Shown in pieces: positions 12,903-25,025 of a stretch of DNA of 64,000 nucleotides (positions are counted from its first letter, which is position 1; each line of letters opens with the position of its first letter). The stretch comes from Octopus sinensis. Taxonomy: Eukaryota. The stretch is taken from assembly GCF_006345805.1 (NCBI RefSeq), contig NC_043021.1:16554001-16618000 (forward strand), read 5' to 3'. Made by a program: the position numbers and the translations under genes. Below the pieces are notes generated by a model. That model ran no database searches. It was not told the DNA's origin and saw only the letters and a program-made list of their open reading frames with translations.

Positions 12903-13675
12903 GTCTATATACATCATCATCATCATCATCATTATCATTTAATGTCCATTTTTCATGCTTGGATGGTTTGACAGAGTCCATAAAGCCACAAGGCTCCAAT
13001 ATCATCTTTGGCATGGTTTTTTCAGCTGGATGCCCCTCCTAACACCAAACACTTTACAGAGTGTACTGGGTGCTTTTTTTTTTGGTCTCCCGGTGCACTA
13101 ATCAGGCCACCAAGTAACTTGCAAGACAAGAATAGGAAGCAGGAAAAAGTGGGGAAAAGGAAAAAAAAGAAGACATTTTTGTTATCTTGTACACATCTTA
13201 TCAACTTAAACCACCTGTTTTCTTGAAAGGAAAGGTTAGTATTTAACTAATAATAGGCACAGGTGTGGCTGTGTGGTAAGAAGTTTCCTTCCCAAGCACA
13301 TAGTTCTGGGTTCAATCTCACTGCATTACATCTTGGGCAAATGTCTTCTACTACATCCTCGGGTTGACCAAAGCCTTATGAGTGGATTTGGTAGATGGAA
13401 ACAGAAAGAAGCTTTGTGTGTGTGTGTATGTGTCTTTGTGTCTGTCCCCCACCATCACTTGACAACTGGTGTTGGTGTGTTTACATCCCATAACTTAGTG
13501 GTTCAGCAACAGAGACCGATAGAATAAGTATCGGGCTTTGAAAAAAATAAAGTAGTGGGGTCAGTTCACTTGACTAAGAATTCTTCAAGGTGGTGCCCCA
13601 GCATGGCCACAGTCTAATGACTGAAACAAGTAAAAGATAAAAATAATGTCAGCACATTTTATGTTAAAGACTCAC

Positions 13676-13850
13676 CTGAAAATACACCATCCAGTAGGGA
13701 ATTAAGGCGATGAAGAAGATAAAAACTTTCCCAAGAGCCTTTACATCGTTCACCAGTGCATCGTGGAAGCGCCCTCCGTAACGAACTTTAGAAAAATCCA
13801 AAAAGCTCTTCTTGTGCATATTATCCTCGATTTGATCCAGTTGCGAGTTA
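13676..13850 (-). CDS. SLC15A4: SLC15A4-like coding exon 4 (NSQLDQIEDNMHKKSFLDFSKVRYGGRFHDALVNDVKALGKVFIFFIALIPYWMVYFQ)
   Basis: Read manually. Acceptor atttctttcag, donor GTGAGT. 175 nt, phase 2 to 0. Matches the SLC15A4 segment GG.F....V.DVKAL...ALIPYW.VYFQ. Confidence 0.92.
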
Positions 13851-14187
13851 CTGAAAGAAATTTTGGAGCAGAAAGTTACATTTTGCTTACAATGAATGAT
13901 TTAAGTGGATTCAGGTAAGCTTAGGGGCATGGAAATTTATATGTAAGACCTATGTCTTTGAGCTTTTTTTTTTTTTATCTTTTACTGGTTTCTGTCATTG
14001 GACTGCAGCCATGCTGGGGCACTGCCTTGAAAAGCTTAGCCAAATGAATTAACCCCAGTTTTTTTTTTTTTTGCGGTTTTTTTTATGTCTGGTAATTGTT
14101 TTATCGGTCTCTTTTGCCAAACTGCTAAGTAGCAGGGATGTAAACAAACCCAAACTACCTGCCATGCAGTGGGAGACAAACACACAC

Positions 14188-14232
<45 letters not shown>

Positions 14233-14368
14233 CGTTTCAAATTACATTTGTTTGTTTACATATAGGGGAGTAACAGAAAAGAGAGTATAAGTGTAACAGA
14301 GAACAGAGTGATAGAAGAGTAATGACCCAAACTACCTGCCATGCAGTGGGAGATAAACACACACTTTT

Positions 14369-14401
<33 letters not shown>

Positions 14402-14766
14402 CACATCGTTTCAAATTACATTTGTTTGTTTACATATAGGGGAGTAACAGAAAAGAGAGTATAAGTGTAACAGAGAACAGAGTGATAGAAGAGTAATGAG
14501 AGAGAGAGAGAGAGCTACATATTGGTTGTTGGTAAGGAGGTTGAATAAGAAAATAGTATGAACAGTGTAAGGGGATAGCAACAGAGATGGATAAGAAAGC
14601 ATGAGCAAGGATGGTAATAAAGAGATGCATGTTCAAAATATTGTACAGTTTGATCATATCTGGAGGCCTGTAGTTGTGATGATTAATTTACAGTGATCTT
14701 AGCAACAAGTTAAGGACACAAATTAAAGCCTCACAACAGCAACAAATGGTTTATGAAAGGACTTAC

Positions 14767-14890
14767 TAGGAACTAAAGGTGATCCGCTTCTGTTTGCACT
14801 TGCGTCTGTTGACAAAGGCATTGTTTATAATTTGGTAAATATTAATAAGAACACTTCCATTTGGCGGGGAAACTTTGTAACAACATCGAC
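14767..14890 (-). CDS. SLC15A4: SLC15A4-like coding exon 3 (GRCCYKVSPPNGSVLINIYQIINNAFVNRRKCKQKRITFSS/Y)
   Basis: Not called in this frame by the ORF track; read manually. Acceptor actgttccag, donor GTAAGT. 124 nt, phase 1 to 2, which matches both neighbouring exons. PPxGS motif as in SLC15 proteins. Confidence 0.88.
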
Positions 14891-14991
14891 CTGGAACAGT
14901 ATTGAAAATACATTGCAGCACCAACAACAACAATATTGATTACTACAATGATTATATATATACATATAATAATAATATGATGCATGTGTAC

Positions 14992-16470
14992 AAACAGCCA
15001 TGCTACATGGCAGTGAAACATGGGCCGTGACTGCTGAGGACATGCGTAAGCTCGCGAGAAATGAAGCTAGTATGCTCCGTTGGATGTGTAATGTCAGTGT
15101 TCATAGTCGACAGAGTGTAAGTACCTTGAGAGAAAAGTTGGACCTAAGAGGAATCAGATGTTGTGTGCAAGAGAGACGATTGCGCTGGTATGGTCATGTG
15201 GTGAGAATGGATGAAGATAGGTGTGTGAAAAAGTGCCACACCCTGGCAGTTGAGGGGACCTGTGGAAGAGGTAGACCCAGGAAAACCTGGGTCGAGGTGG
15301 TGAAGCACGACCTTCGAACTCTAGGTCTCACCAAGGAAATGACCAGAGACCGAGACCTATGGAAGTATGCTGTGCGTGAGAAGACCCGGCAAGACCAGTG
15401 AGAACAATCAAAATCAAATCATATATCAGAAAGCAGGGGTTAAGTGACCCATCTGTTCATGTCCGCTGTCAGCCTCGTCTGGCACCCGTGCCGGTGATAC
15501 GTAAAAGCACCATTCGCTCATGGCCGTTTGCCAGCTCTGCCTGGCCTGTGTCGGTGGCACGTAAAAGCACCATCCGTTCGTGTTCGTTGCCAGCCTCGGC
15601 TGGCCCCCGTGCCGGTGACACGTAAAAGCACCGTCCGCTCGTGGCCGTTTGCCAGCTCTGTCTGGCAACCGTGTCGGTGGCACGTAAAAGCACCATCTGT
15701 TCGCGTCCGTTGCCAGCCTCGGCTGGCCCCCGTGCCGGTGACACGTAAAAGCACCATCCGTTCGTGGCCGTTTGCCAGCTCTGTCTGGCCCCGTGTCGGT
15801 GGCACGTAAAAGCACCATCCGTCCGTGTCCGTTGCCAGCCTCGGCTGGCCCCCGTGCCGGTGACACGTAAAAGCACCGTCCGCTCGTGGCCGTTTGCCAG
15901 CTCTGTCTGGCAACCGTGTCGGTGGCACGTAAAAGCACCATCCGTTCGCGTCCGTTGCCAGCCCCGTATGGCCCCCGTGCCGGTGACACGTAAAAGCACC
16001 ATCCGTTCGTGGCCAGTTGCCAGCTCTGTCTGGCCCCGTGTCGGTGGCACGTAAAAGCACCATCCATTCGTGTCTGTTGCCAGCATCGCCTGGCCCCGTG
16101 CCGGTGACACGTAAAAGCACCATCCGTTCGTGGCCAGTTGCCAGCTCTGTCTGGCCCCGTGTCGGTGGCACGTAAAAGCACCATCCATTCGTGTCTGTTG
16201 CCAGCATCGCCTGGCCCCGTGCCGGTGACACGTAAAAGCACCATCCGTTCATGGCCGTTCGCCAGCTCTGTCTGGCACCTGTGCAGGTGGCACGTAAAAA
16301 ACACCCACTACACTCGCGGAGTGGTTGGCGTTAGGAAGGGCATCCAGCCGTAGAAACACTGCCAGATCTGACTGGGCCTGACGAAGCCTTCCAGCTTCAC
16401 AGACCCCAGTTGACCCGTCCAACCCATGCTAGCATGGAAAACGGACGCTAAACGATGATGATGATGATGA
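14992..16470 (+). mobile_element. 5'-truncated RTE-clade LINE: ORF C-terminus (15000-15401), 3' UTR with expanded ~61-bp tandem array, and (GAT)n tail
   Basis: LHGSETW...RERRLRWYGHVVRM...GRGRPRKTW is typical of the RTE post-RT region. Ends CGGACGCTAAACGATGATGATG. Confidence 0.9.
15470..16300 (+). repeat. ~61-bp minisatellite (14 CGTAAAA cores) with alternating A/B units inside the RTE 3' UTR
   Basis: CGTAAAAG at 15500, 15560, 15621, 15683, 15744, 15805, 15866, 15928, 15989 and onward to 16293. Confidence 0.92.
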
Positions 16471-17277
16471 TATGATGATTAGGGAATATTATTCCAAACT
16501 TACAGGGAAAAATTCAATTTAGAAATACTAAATCAAATATATGCACATGCTGTCAGTAATTACTCAGGGTAGGCAGTTGGTGACCTTTATGTAGTAAAAC
16601 ACACAAAAAATAAGGGAAACACAGGCATGCGACTGAGGCAGATTTACTCCTGCCTTTACAGCATGTAAAGAAAACAGTGTTGTAGGAGTGTACGCAGCAT
16701 GTGTGCTACAGCAGTACTATGCATAACTTAAATACTGAGATTGAAAAGCAGGGGCGAATTATGACTACATAATCTACAAAAAAATAAAATATTTTGCATT
16801 TTATGCATAGGAATCAGAGTAACCTTCATAATTTTATTGAATTAGGTGCATATTTTGCCATAAAAGGAAAATGTTGCTATCAATCTATTTTATTTGAGGT
16901 AGGCACTGCTCACCTTGCATACGTGGGCAGCATGTCCATGATATATTTAAGTATATTTCAGTCAAGTTGTATGGAATTAATTGATTTTCTTTTAACTGAT
17001 GTGCAGACAAAGATGTCATGGAACCACACATGACAATGTGGTTTTGGGTTCAGTCCCACTGCACAGCACTTTGGTCTCAGTCATTAGACTGAGACCATAC
17101 TGGGGCACAGCCTTGAAGAATTTTAGTCATACAGATCAACCCCAGTACTTATTCCTATTTTGTTAAGCCAGGTACAAATTCTGTCATTCTCCTTTGCCAA
17201 ACCACTAAGTTACAGGGACGTAAACATTCGAACACCATCAAGTGGTGGTGAAGGACAAACACAGACACAAAGACATG

Positions 17278-17309
<32 letters not shown>

Positions 17310-17811
17310 TAAACACAACAGGCTTCTTTCAGTTTCCATCTACAAAATCCACTCACAAGGCTTCGGTCAGCCTGAGGCTGTAGTAGAAGACACTTAAGGT
17401 GCCACACAGTGAGACTGAACCCAGAACCATAACTTTGGGAAACAAACTTCTTACCACACAACCACACTTAATTAAATTTCACAATAAGTCTTGTAACGAT
17501 GCTAATTATCCAACAATACATTAGAATTGGAATTTCTCTGAGTCATATTACCTCAATAAACTTAACCTACTTCAGCAAAAATTATTTTCAAATGTAACAC
17601 TCCTAAATAAAAAATAAATTGGCATATAAAACTAATTTCGATAGTTAAGTGTAACTAAATTTTGAGTAGATATATCCAATTTCCAATGTAAAAAGGTTAT
17701 ATTTAAGATTTTGATCTTAAATCCTTGCAAAAGTCTTTAATTTTAAAATGAACACTTAAAAATTTTTTTACGAAATGAACACTTATAAACTTGTAAATTT
17801 TCATGATCTTT

Positions 17812-18905
17812 GAAACTTGGGCCTCAGAGTTGAGGGACAAGGTGGTGAAGCTTGATCTTTGAAAGTTGGGCCTCATAGAGGTGAGGGACAAGGTGGTGAA
17901 GCTTGATCTTTGAAAGTTGGGCCTTGTAGAGTTGAGGGACAAAGTGGTAAAGCTTGATTTTTTAATGTTGGGCCTTGTAGAGTCGAGGGACAAGGTGGTG
18001 AAGCTTGATCTTTGAAAGTTGGGCCTTATAGAGGTGAGGGACAAGGTGGTGAAGCTTGATCTTTGAAAGTTGGGCCTTATAGAGGTGAGGGACAAGGTGG
18101 TGAAGCTTGATCTTTGAAAGTTGGGCCTTGTAGAGTCAAGGGACAAGGTGATGAAGCTTGATTTTTGAATGTTGGGCCTTGTAGAGTCAAGGGACAAGGT
18201 GGTGAAGTATGATCTTTGAAAGTTGGGCCTTGTAGAGTCAAGGGACAAGGTGGTGAAGTATGATCTTTGAAAGTTGGGCCTTGTAGAGTCAAGGGACAAG
18301 GTGGTGAAGTATGATATTTGAAAGTTGGGCCTTGTAGAGTCAAGGGACAAGGTGGTGAAGCTTGATCTTTGAAAGTTGGGCCTTGTAGAGTCGAGGGACA
18401 AGGTGGTGAAGCTTGATATTTGAAAGTTGGGCCTTGTAGAGTCAAGGGACAAGGTGGTGAAGCTTGAATTTTGAATGTTGGGCCTTGTAGAGTCAAGGGA
18501 CAAGGTGGTGAAGCTTGATCTTTGAAAGTTGGACCTTATAGAGGTGAGGGACAAGGTGGTGAAGCTTGATCTTTGAATGTTGGGCCTTATAGAGGTGAGG
18601 GACAAGGTGGTGAAGCTTGATCTTTGAAAGTTGGGCCTTATAGAGGTGAGGGACAAGGTGGTGAAGTTTGATCTTTGAAAGTTGGGCCTTATAGAGGTGA
18701 AGGACAAGGTGGTGAAGCTTGATCTTTGAAAGTTGGGCCTTGTAGAGGCGAGGGACAAGGTGGTGAAGCATGATCTTTGAAAGTTGGGCCTTGTAGAGTT
18801 GAGGGACAAGGTGATGAAGCTTGAATTCTGAATGTTGGACCTCGTAGAGGTGAGGGACAAGGTGGTGAAGCTTGATCTTTGAATGTTGGGCCTTACGGAG
18901 GTGAT
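17812..18905 (+). repeat. 51-bp minisatellite, 21 copies, derived from an RTE ORF end
   Basis: GGTG(G/A)TGAAG at 17841 and 18861, exactly 20 x 51 apart. The array runs into an RTE C-terminal remnant at 18880-18966. Confidence 0.93.
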
Positions 18906-21017
18906 GACAAGTGACCGAAACCTTCTGTGCTATGCAGTCCTCGAGATGACTCATCAAGCCAAATGAAATCATAGTAGTGGCTGTTGCCAGTTCATGTAAA
19001 TGGCACCTGGGAAATTATGGTCAAGGTCGTTGCTGGTCTCATACACATACACCTGCTTTGTAGCGAGGTTGTGAAGGAAGGTATCAGGTTTTGTTCAATA
19101 TCCTTTAAACATTAAGATAGTCTTTCAGGTTTTTATAGTCTCAAATATCATTGTCATTTGTAGTCTATCAATTAATGCATACATATATGCATACAAACAT
19201 GCATTAATACATACATATATATATTGTTGATGCCATATGAACTTCCGAGAGAAGGTAAAATAATTCTTTTTTTGGAACATTGGATTATGAGAGTAATGAA
19301 ATTTTGAGGAGATATATCAGGTAAAACTAGCATGTAAAAATATTGTATTGAAAAACCCTCCTGGATAGAAATGTCCCAAAGATGGCAAGCTGGCAGAAAC
19401 ATTAGCACACTGGGCAAAATGCTTAGTGGTATTTCGTCTGTCTTTACGTTCTGAGTTCAAATCCTGCCGAGGCCATCTTTGCCTTTCATCCTTTCGGGGT
19501 CGGTTAAATAAGTACCAGTTACGCACTGGAGTCGATATAATCAACTTAATCCGTTTGTCTGTCCTTAGCTCATTCTGGGCAGTAAAGAAATGGGTATTTC
19601 GTCTGTCTTTACGTTCTGAGTTCAAATTCCACCGAGGCCATCTTTGCCTTTAATCCTTTCGGGGTTGATAAATTATGTACCAGTTACGCACTGGGGTTGA
19701 TGTAATCGACTTAATCCCTTTGTCTGTCCTTGTTTGTCCCCTCTATGTTTAGCCCCTTGTGGGCAGTGAAGAAATAAGAAAAGTCCCAAAGGTAGCCTTT
19801 GACTTTTTCTACCCGAAAGGATTTCTCGACTCGGCATTTATATGCTGTTATTTATAGCTCTATGTTTGTGCTTGAGATACAATGCATCACACAAAAAGAA
19901 AAAAAAGAAAGTATATATTATATCATATGTATCAATGTTCTCTTTCTCTTTTTCATTTAGAATAAACTTTGACCAGCCACCTGCTTGGTAGCAAGGTTGT
20001 GAGGGAAAGTGTCTTGTTTTGTTCAACATCCTTTTGGCTGTGTGGTAAGTAGCTTGCTTACCAACCATATGGTGCCGGGTTCATTCCCACTGCATTGCAC
20101 CTTGGGCAAGTGCCTTCTACTATAGCCTCAGGCTGACCAAAGCCTTGTGAGTGGATTTGGTAGATGGAAACTGAAAGAAGCCTGTTATATATATATGTGC
20201 GTATATATATATATATATATATATATGCGAATGTGTGTGTGTGTGTGTGTGTGTGTTTGTGTGTCTGTCTCCCAACATCACTTGACAACCGATGTCGGTG
20301 TGTTGTTTACGTCCCCGTAACTTAGCAGTTTGGCAAAAGAGACCGATAAGTCTCTTTTGTACTAGGCTTCCAAAGAATAAGTCCTGGGGTCGATTTGCTC
20401 AACTAAAGGTGGTGCTCCAGCATGGCCACAGTCAAATGACTGAAACAAGTAAAAGAGAAAGAGAAAGAGAATAGTCTTGCAGATTTTTATAGTCTCAGAT
20501 ATCGTTGTCATTTGTAGTCTACCAGTTAAGGAGCTGTATTCTCTCCCCAAGATCCCAAGTTCAGCCAAACTTTGCTCCAAACACAATGGTATGTATGCCT
20601 GTTACTCCAATAATAATAAGTATGAAACTGAAAGTGTATCTTGGGGACTGGATTTGCAAACCCCTTATCAATAGGCTATAGATGTCCTCTTTCTCTTGTA
20701 TTTTTCTATGTACTATCTTCTCAATGAACAGGTACAGTTTTATTTCTGTTGTTCTGATAAATAGATTTTACCTTTGCTCCTTCGGGAGAGATCTATATCA
20801 GCTCTTATTTCATACCTTTCCTAAAGTTCATTAGCTATCCTAATTATGTTGTTGATTTCCTAATTATGTTGTTGGTTTTAAGGTCGCAAACTTAGGCAAG
20901 ATAGTCACTGGACTCTTTCCTCTGCTGCAGATGTGGTCAAACTGTCTGACCCATGCCAGCAGGAAAACAGATGTAAAAGGATGATGATGATACACATACA
21001 CACAAGTACAAACTCAC

Positions 21018-21198
21018 CTGCAACAAATACAACGAATCCCAATACCAGTGTTCCAAGAGCTGCAGCAAAACCATAGAAAAAGGAAAAATATTGCTGTATA
21101 AAAGTCAGCACTCCAAGACCGATGAAGGCACCAATATTCAAAGACAGGTAGAACCAATTGAAAAAACTTCTGATGTTCACAGGTGAATTGTTTTGAAC
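21018..21198 (-). CDS. SLC15A4: SLC15A4-like coding exon 2 (VQNNSPVNIRSFFNWFYLSLNIGAFIGLGVLTFIQQYFSFFYG...FVVFVA/G)
   Basis: Acceptor ttctgtaattctag, donor GTGAGT. 181 nt, phase 0 to 1. FFNWFY PTR2 motif. Confidence 0.93.
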
Positions 21199-22354
21199 CT
21201 AGAATTACAGAAAAAAATTTTTTATTTTTTTTTAGATGATTCAGTTTAATAAATATCCAAATTTAAATTATGCAACATGTATACCATTAAAGTACAGGGA
21301 CAGTGGATTTTGTCTGACATATGAGGTGCAGGGAGGGCTGTAAGGGTGAAGTTCAGTAACCAGTGTGTGGCACCTTGGACAAATTTCTTCTGCTATAGCC
21401 CTGGGCCAACCAAAGTCTTGTCAGTGGATTTAGTAGATACAAAAAAACCCAGATAAAACTCATTCCCCAAGTCAGATAGACTCATAAAGCTGGTTTCCTG
21501 ATTTCTGGAGTGTATATATTCCCCCTCCTGGATAGAACGCCAGTTCATTGCAGGACTTCTCACTTTTGCTAGCTTAGTGGAATGGAGTAACATGAAATGA
21601 AGTGTCTTGTTCAAGAACACAATGCATCACCCAGTCCAGGAATTGAAATCACAATCTTACAATTGTGAGTCCAATATCCTGACCACTAAGCCATGTGCCT
21701 CTTGGACTTGGTAGAGGGAATCTGAAAGAAGCCTGTCGTGTGTGTATGTATATATGCATGTGTGCGTGTGTTTGTGTTCCTTTGCCTTGATGTCACATGA
21801 TAGTAGTAAAGTCATCATCATCATCGTTTAACGTCCGCTTTCCATGCTAGCATGGGTTGGACGATTTAACTGAGGGCTGGCAAACTAGATGGCTGCACCA
21901 GGCTTCAATCTTGATCTGGCAGAGTTTCTACAGCTGGATGCTCTTCCTAATGCCTACCACTCCGAGAGTGTAGTGGGTGCTTTTACGTGTCACCGGCACA
22001 GGGCCAGTCAGGTGGCACTGGCAACGATCTCGCTCGAATCTTTTACATATGCCACCGGCGCAGGTGCCAGTAAGGCGATGCTGGTAATGATCACACTCGA
22101 ATGGTGTTTTTCCAATCTTCTGTGAAAACATGCCCAGCCATGGAGAAATATTACCTTGCTTGAAAACAGGCAAAGGTTGGCAACAGCAAGGGCATCCAGC
22201 TGAAGAAAACCTACCATAACAAATTCCGTCTGATTAATGCAAGTCAGGAAATGTGGGCATTAAAATGATAATCATTATCATCATCATAACAATGATGATA
22301 TAGCAGCTTATTCCTTTATTTACCATATTTACCTAACAAACCCTATACAGAAGG

Positions 22355-22488
22355 ATATGGACGTTGGTCAATACTTCCATGAGGGTTACTGGTTTTTAGT
22401 TAAAATCCCAAGTAAATCCAGGCAGTATTTATCTGGGATTTTAACTAAAGACCTGTACCTTCATGGAAATACTGACCAATGTCCATAT
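22355..22488. repeat. Imperfect palindrome / fold-back element in intron 1
   Basis: ATATGGACGTTGGTCAATACTTCCATGA...TCATGGAAATACTGACCAATGTCCATAT. Confidence 0.8.
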
Positions 22489-23397
22489 TGTCTGGGAAAA
22501 GAGGACTTGTGAACATTATTCTCCTGCCTATATTCTTCTTACTAAAGGTGGCAAGCTGGCAGAATCGTTAGCACGCCAGGTGAAATACTTAGCGGTATTT
22601 CGTCTGTCATTACGTTCTGAGTTCAAATTCCACCAAGGTTGACTTTGCCTTTCATCCTTTCAGGGTCGATTAAATAAGTACCAGTTACACACTGGAGTCG
22701 ATGTAATCAACTTAATCTCTTTGTTTGTCTCCTCTGTGTTTAGCCCCTTGTAGGCAATGAAGAAATATATATTCTTATTACTTTTACTCTTTATTCTTCT
22801 GTTTTATCCCTTATAAGCTCTGCATTTTATTTCTTGTAAACTGTAAATTTCCCCCCGTCTAAAATATTCATACCTTGTCTCTGATGACAGAATACCCAGT
22901 ACATGGACGTGCTAACCTACCACTTGGGTTATCCCAGAAACGGCTGTAAGACTTCAAATTCACCTTACCTTAATTAAATTTATTCTAAATGACTTAAGAT
23001 ATTTGTTCTACCTTGGTTTTGATTTTTCCTCTGATATAAAATATATATCAAAATAAAAATCAAATGGAAATTGTACTTAAGATACCTGTGCCGGTGACAT
23101 GTAAAAAGCACCGTCCGAACGTGGCAGATGCCAGCGCCACCTGACTGGCGTCCGTGTTGGTGACATGTAAAAGCACCAACCGATCGTAGCCATTTGCCAG
23201 CTTCCTCTGGCACCTGTGCCGGTGGCATGTAAAAAACACCCACTACACTCATGGAGTGGTTGGCGTTAGGAAGGGCATCCAGCTGTAGAAACACTGCCAG
23301 ATCAGACTGGAACCAGGTGCAGCCTCCTGGCTTCCCAGACCCCGGTCGAACCGTCCAACCCATGGAAAACGGATGTTAAACGATGATGATGATGATG

Positions 23398-23429
<32 letters not shown>

Positions 23430-23954
23430 TATGTGTGTAACATTGCCTTGTGGGAGCAAATCCATCAAACTCTCACTGACATAGAGATCAAAGAAAGAAA
23501 GTGATGCTTTCAGAAATATCAGATCCAGAATTCTCAGGATCTTTTAAATTATTATATATTCCTTTAATTCAAAAATTATTTTTCATCCATTAAAGACCAT
23601 TTTTTTCTCAACCTTGGTCTTAATAAATTTAAACACACCATTTTAAATTTCGAGGATATGAAAATACATACATTTTAAACATTCCATCAAATGTTTTGTA
23701 TATAATTACAAGGTACATAAACTATTTTCTGACACTGTACACAGATAATATTTATTTATAGAATGAATTTCTATCCTGATAAGAACCAAAACAAAACATA
23801 ACAAAGAGAGAAAAAAAAAAATTGTAATTACTATCAATGTCAAATTTAGTTCCTGATTATTCCATATCAAGAACAGATACACTGAGCCAAATTTTGCAGG
23901 ATTTAACCGGATGCTGGTTGGTGTGACAGCCAATGCGAATGTACTTATAAAGAA

Positions 23955-24460
23955 TCATCATCATCATCATCATCGTTTAACGTCTGTTTTCCATGCTAGC
24001 ATGGGTTGGACGGTTCAACTGGGGTCTGGGAAGCCAGGAGGCTGCGCCAGGCTCCAGTCTGATCTGGCAGTGTTTCTACAGCTGGATGCCCTTCCTAACA
24101 CCAACCACTCCGAGAGTGTTGTGGGTGCTTTTTACGTGCCACCTGCACAGGTGCCAGACGAGGCTGGCAAACGGCCACGATCGGATGGTGCTTTTTACGT
24201 GCCACCGGCACAGGGGCCAGACGACACTGGCAACGGCCACAATTGGATGGTGCTTTTTACGTGCCGCCGGCACGGGGGCCAAACGAGGCTGGCAACGGCC
24301 ACAATCGGATGGTGCTTTTTACGTGCCACCGGCATGGAGGCCAGTCGGGGCGGCGCTGGCAACGGCCACATTCGGACGGTTCTCTTACGTGCCACCGGCA
24401 CTGGTATCTCAGCTACAATTTCCATTGATGTTGAAAGATTTCAATTTCGATTTTGATAAT
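23955..24460 (-). mobile_element. Short RTE 3'-end derivatives with (GAT)n tail. Other copies, approximate: 10265-10610(+), 21830-22100(-), 23085-23400(+), 28540-28960(-), 29630-29990(-), 30940-31125(+), 32025-32260(-), 38160-38425(+), 47962-48330(-), 57762-58125(-), 59195-59640(+)
   Basis: They share GGTTGGCGTTAGGAAGGGCATCCAGCTGTAGAAAC...AACGATGATG and 0-5 units of the ~61-bp repeat with the LINE at 14992-16470. Confidence 0.85.
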
Positions 24461-24951
24461 ATTTAACACAATATCGCTACCACAGGAAAATCTAACATTA
24501 TCATAATGATTTTAACTCTTTCTTGCATGTTAGTTGGTTTAGATAATAGATAGACAGCATTTATTTCCGGCCATTGCCTCTAGTCTTCTTGAACAAAACT
24601 CTTCATTTTACAATCCACTCAAGAGTTTGTGCAACAGATCAGCATCCTGTTCAGTAAGGAGTGTTGCGGTCTTGGTTACTTATATGGCATGGGAACTGAA
24701 TAACTGGCCCGGTGAAGTCCAGGACTTGAGACAGTATTTATTTCGCAAATCCGGTATTGTTGGTCATATAGGGCTGAGGAAAAAGTGGGCAGAATTGTTA
24801 GGATGCTGGGCGAAATGCTTAGTGATATTTCATCTGCTGTTACGTTCTGAGTTCAAATTCTGCTGAGGTCGACATTAATACCTGGACATCCTTGTTTACT
24901 TATTTACTTTTTATTCAACTAACTTTGAGCTGTGCAGTTTATACCACTGAA

Positions 24952-25025
<74 letters not shown>

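Noticed and set aside
15426-16304. Several 240-290-aa ORFs and a CRISPR-like regular repeat appearance
   Set aside because: These are contiguous ~61-bp tandem units with no unique spacers, inside a LINE 3' UTR in a eukaryotic context.
17703-18860. 385-aa S/T-rich repeat ORF on the minus strand
   Set aside because: It is the antisense reading of a 51-bp (17-codon) minisatellite derived from an RTE. No splice or promoter evidence.
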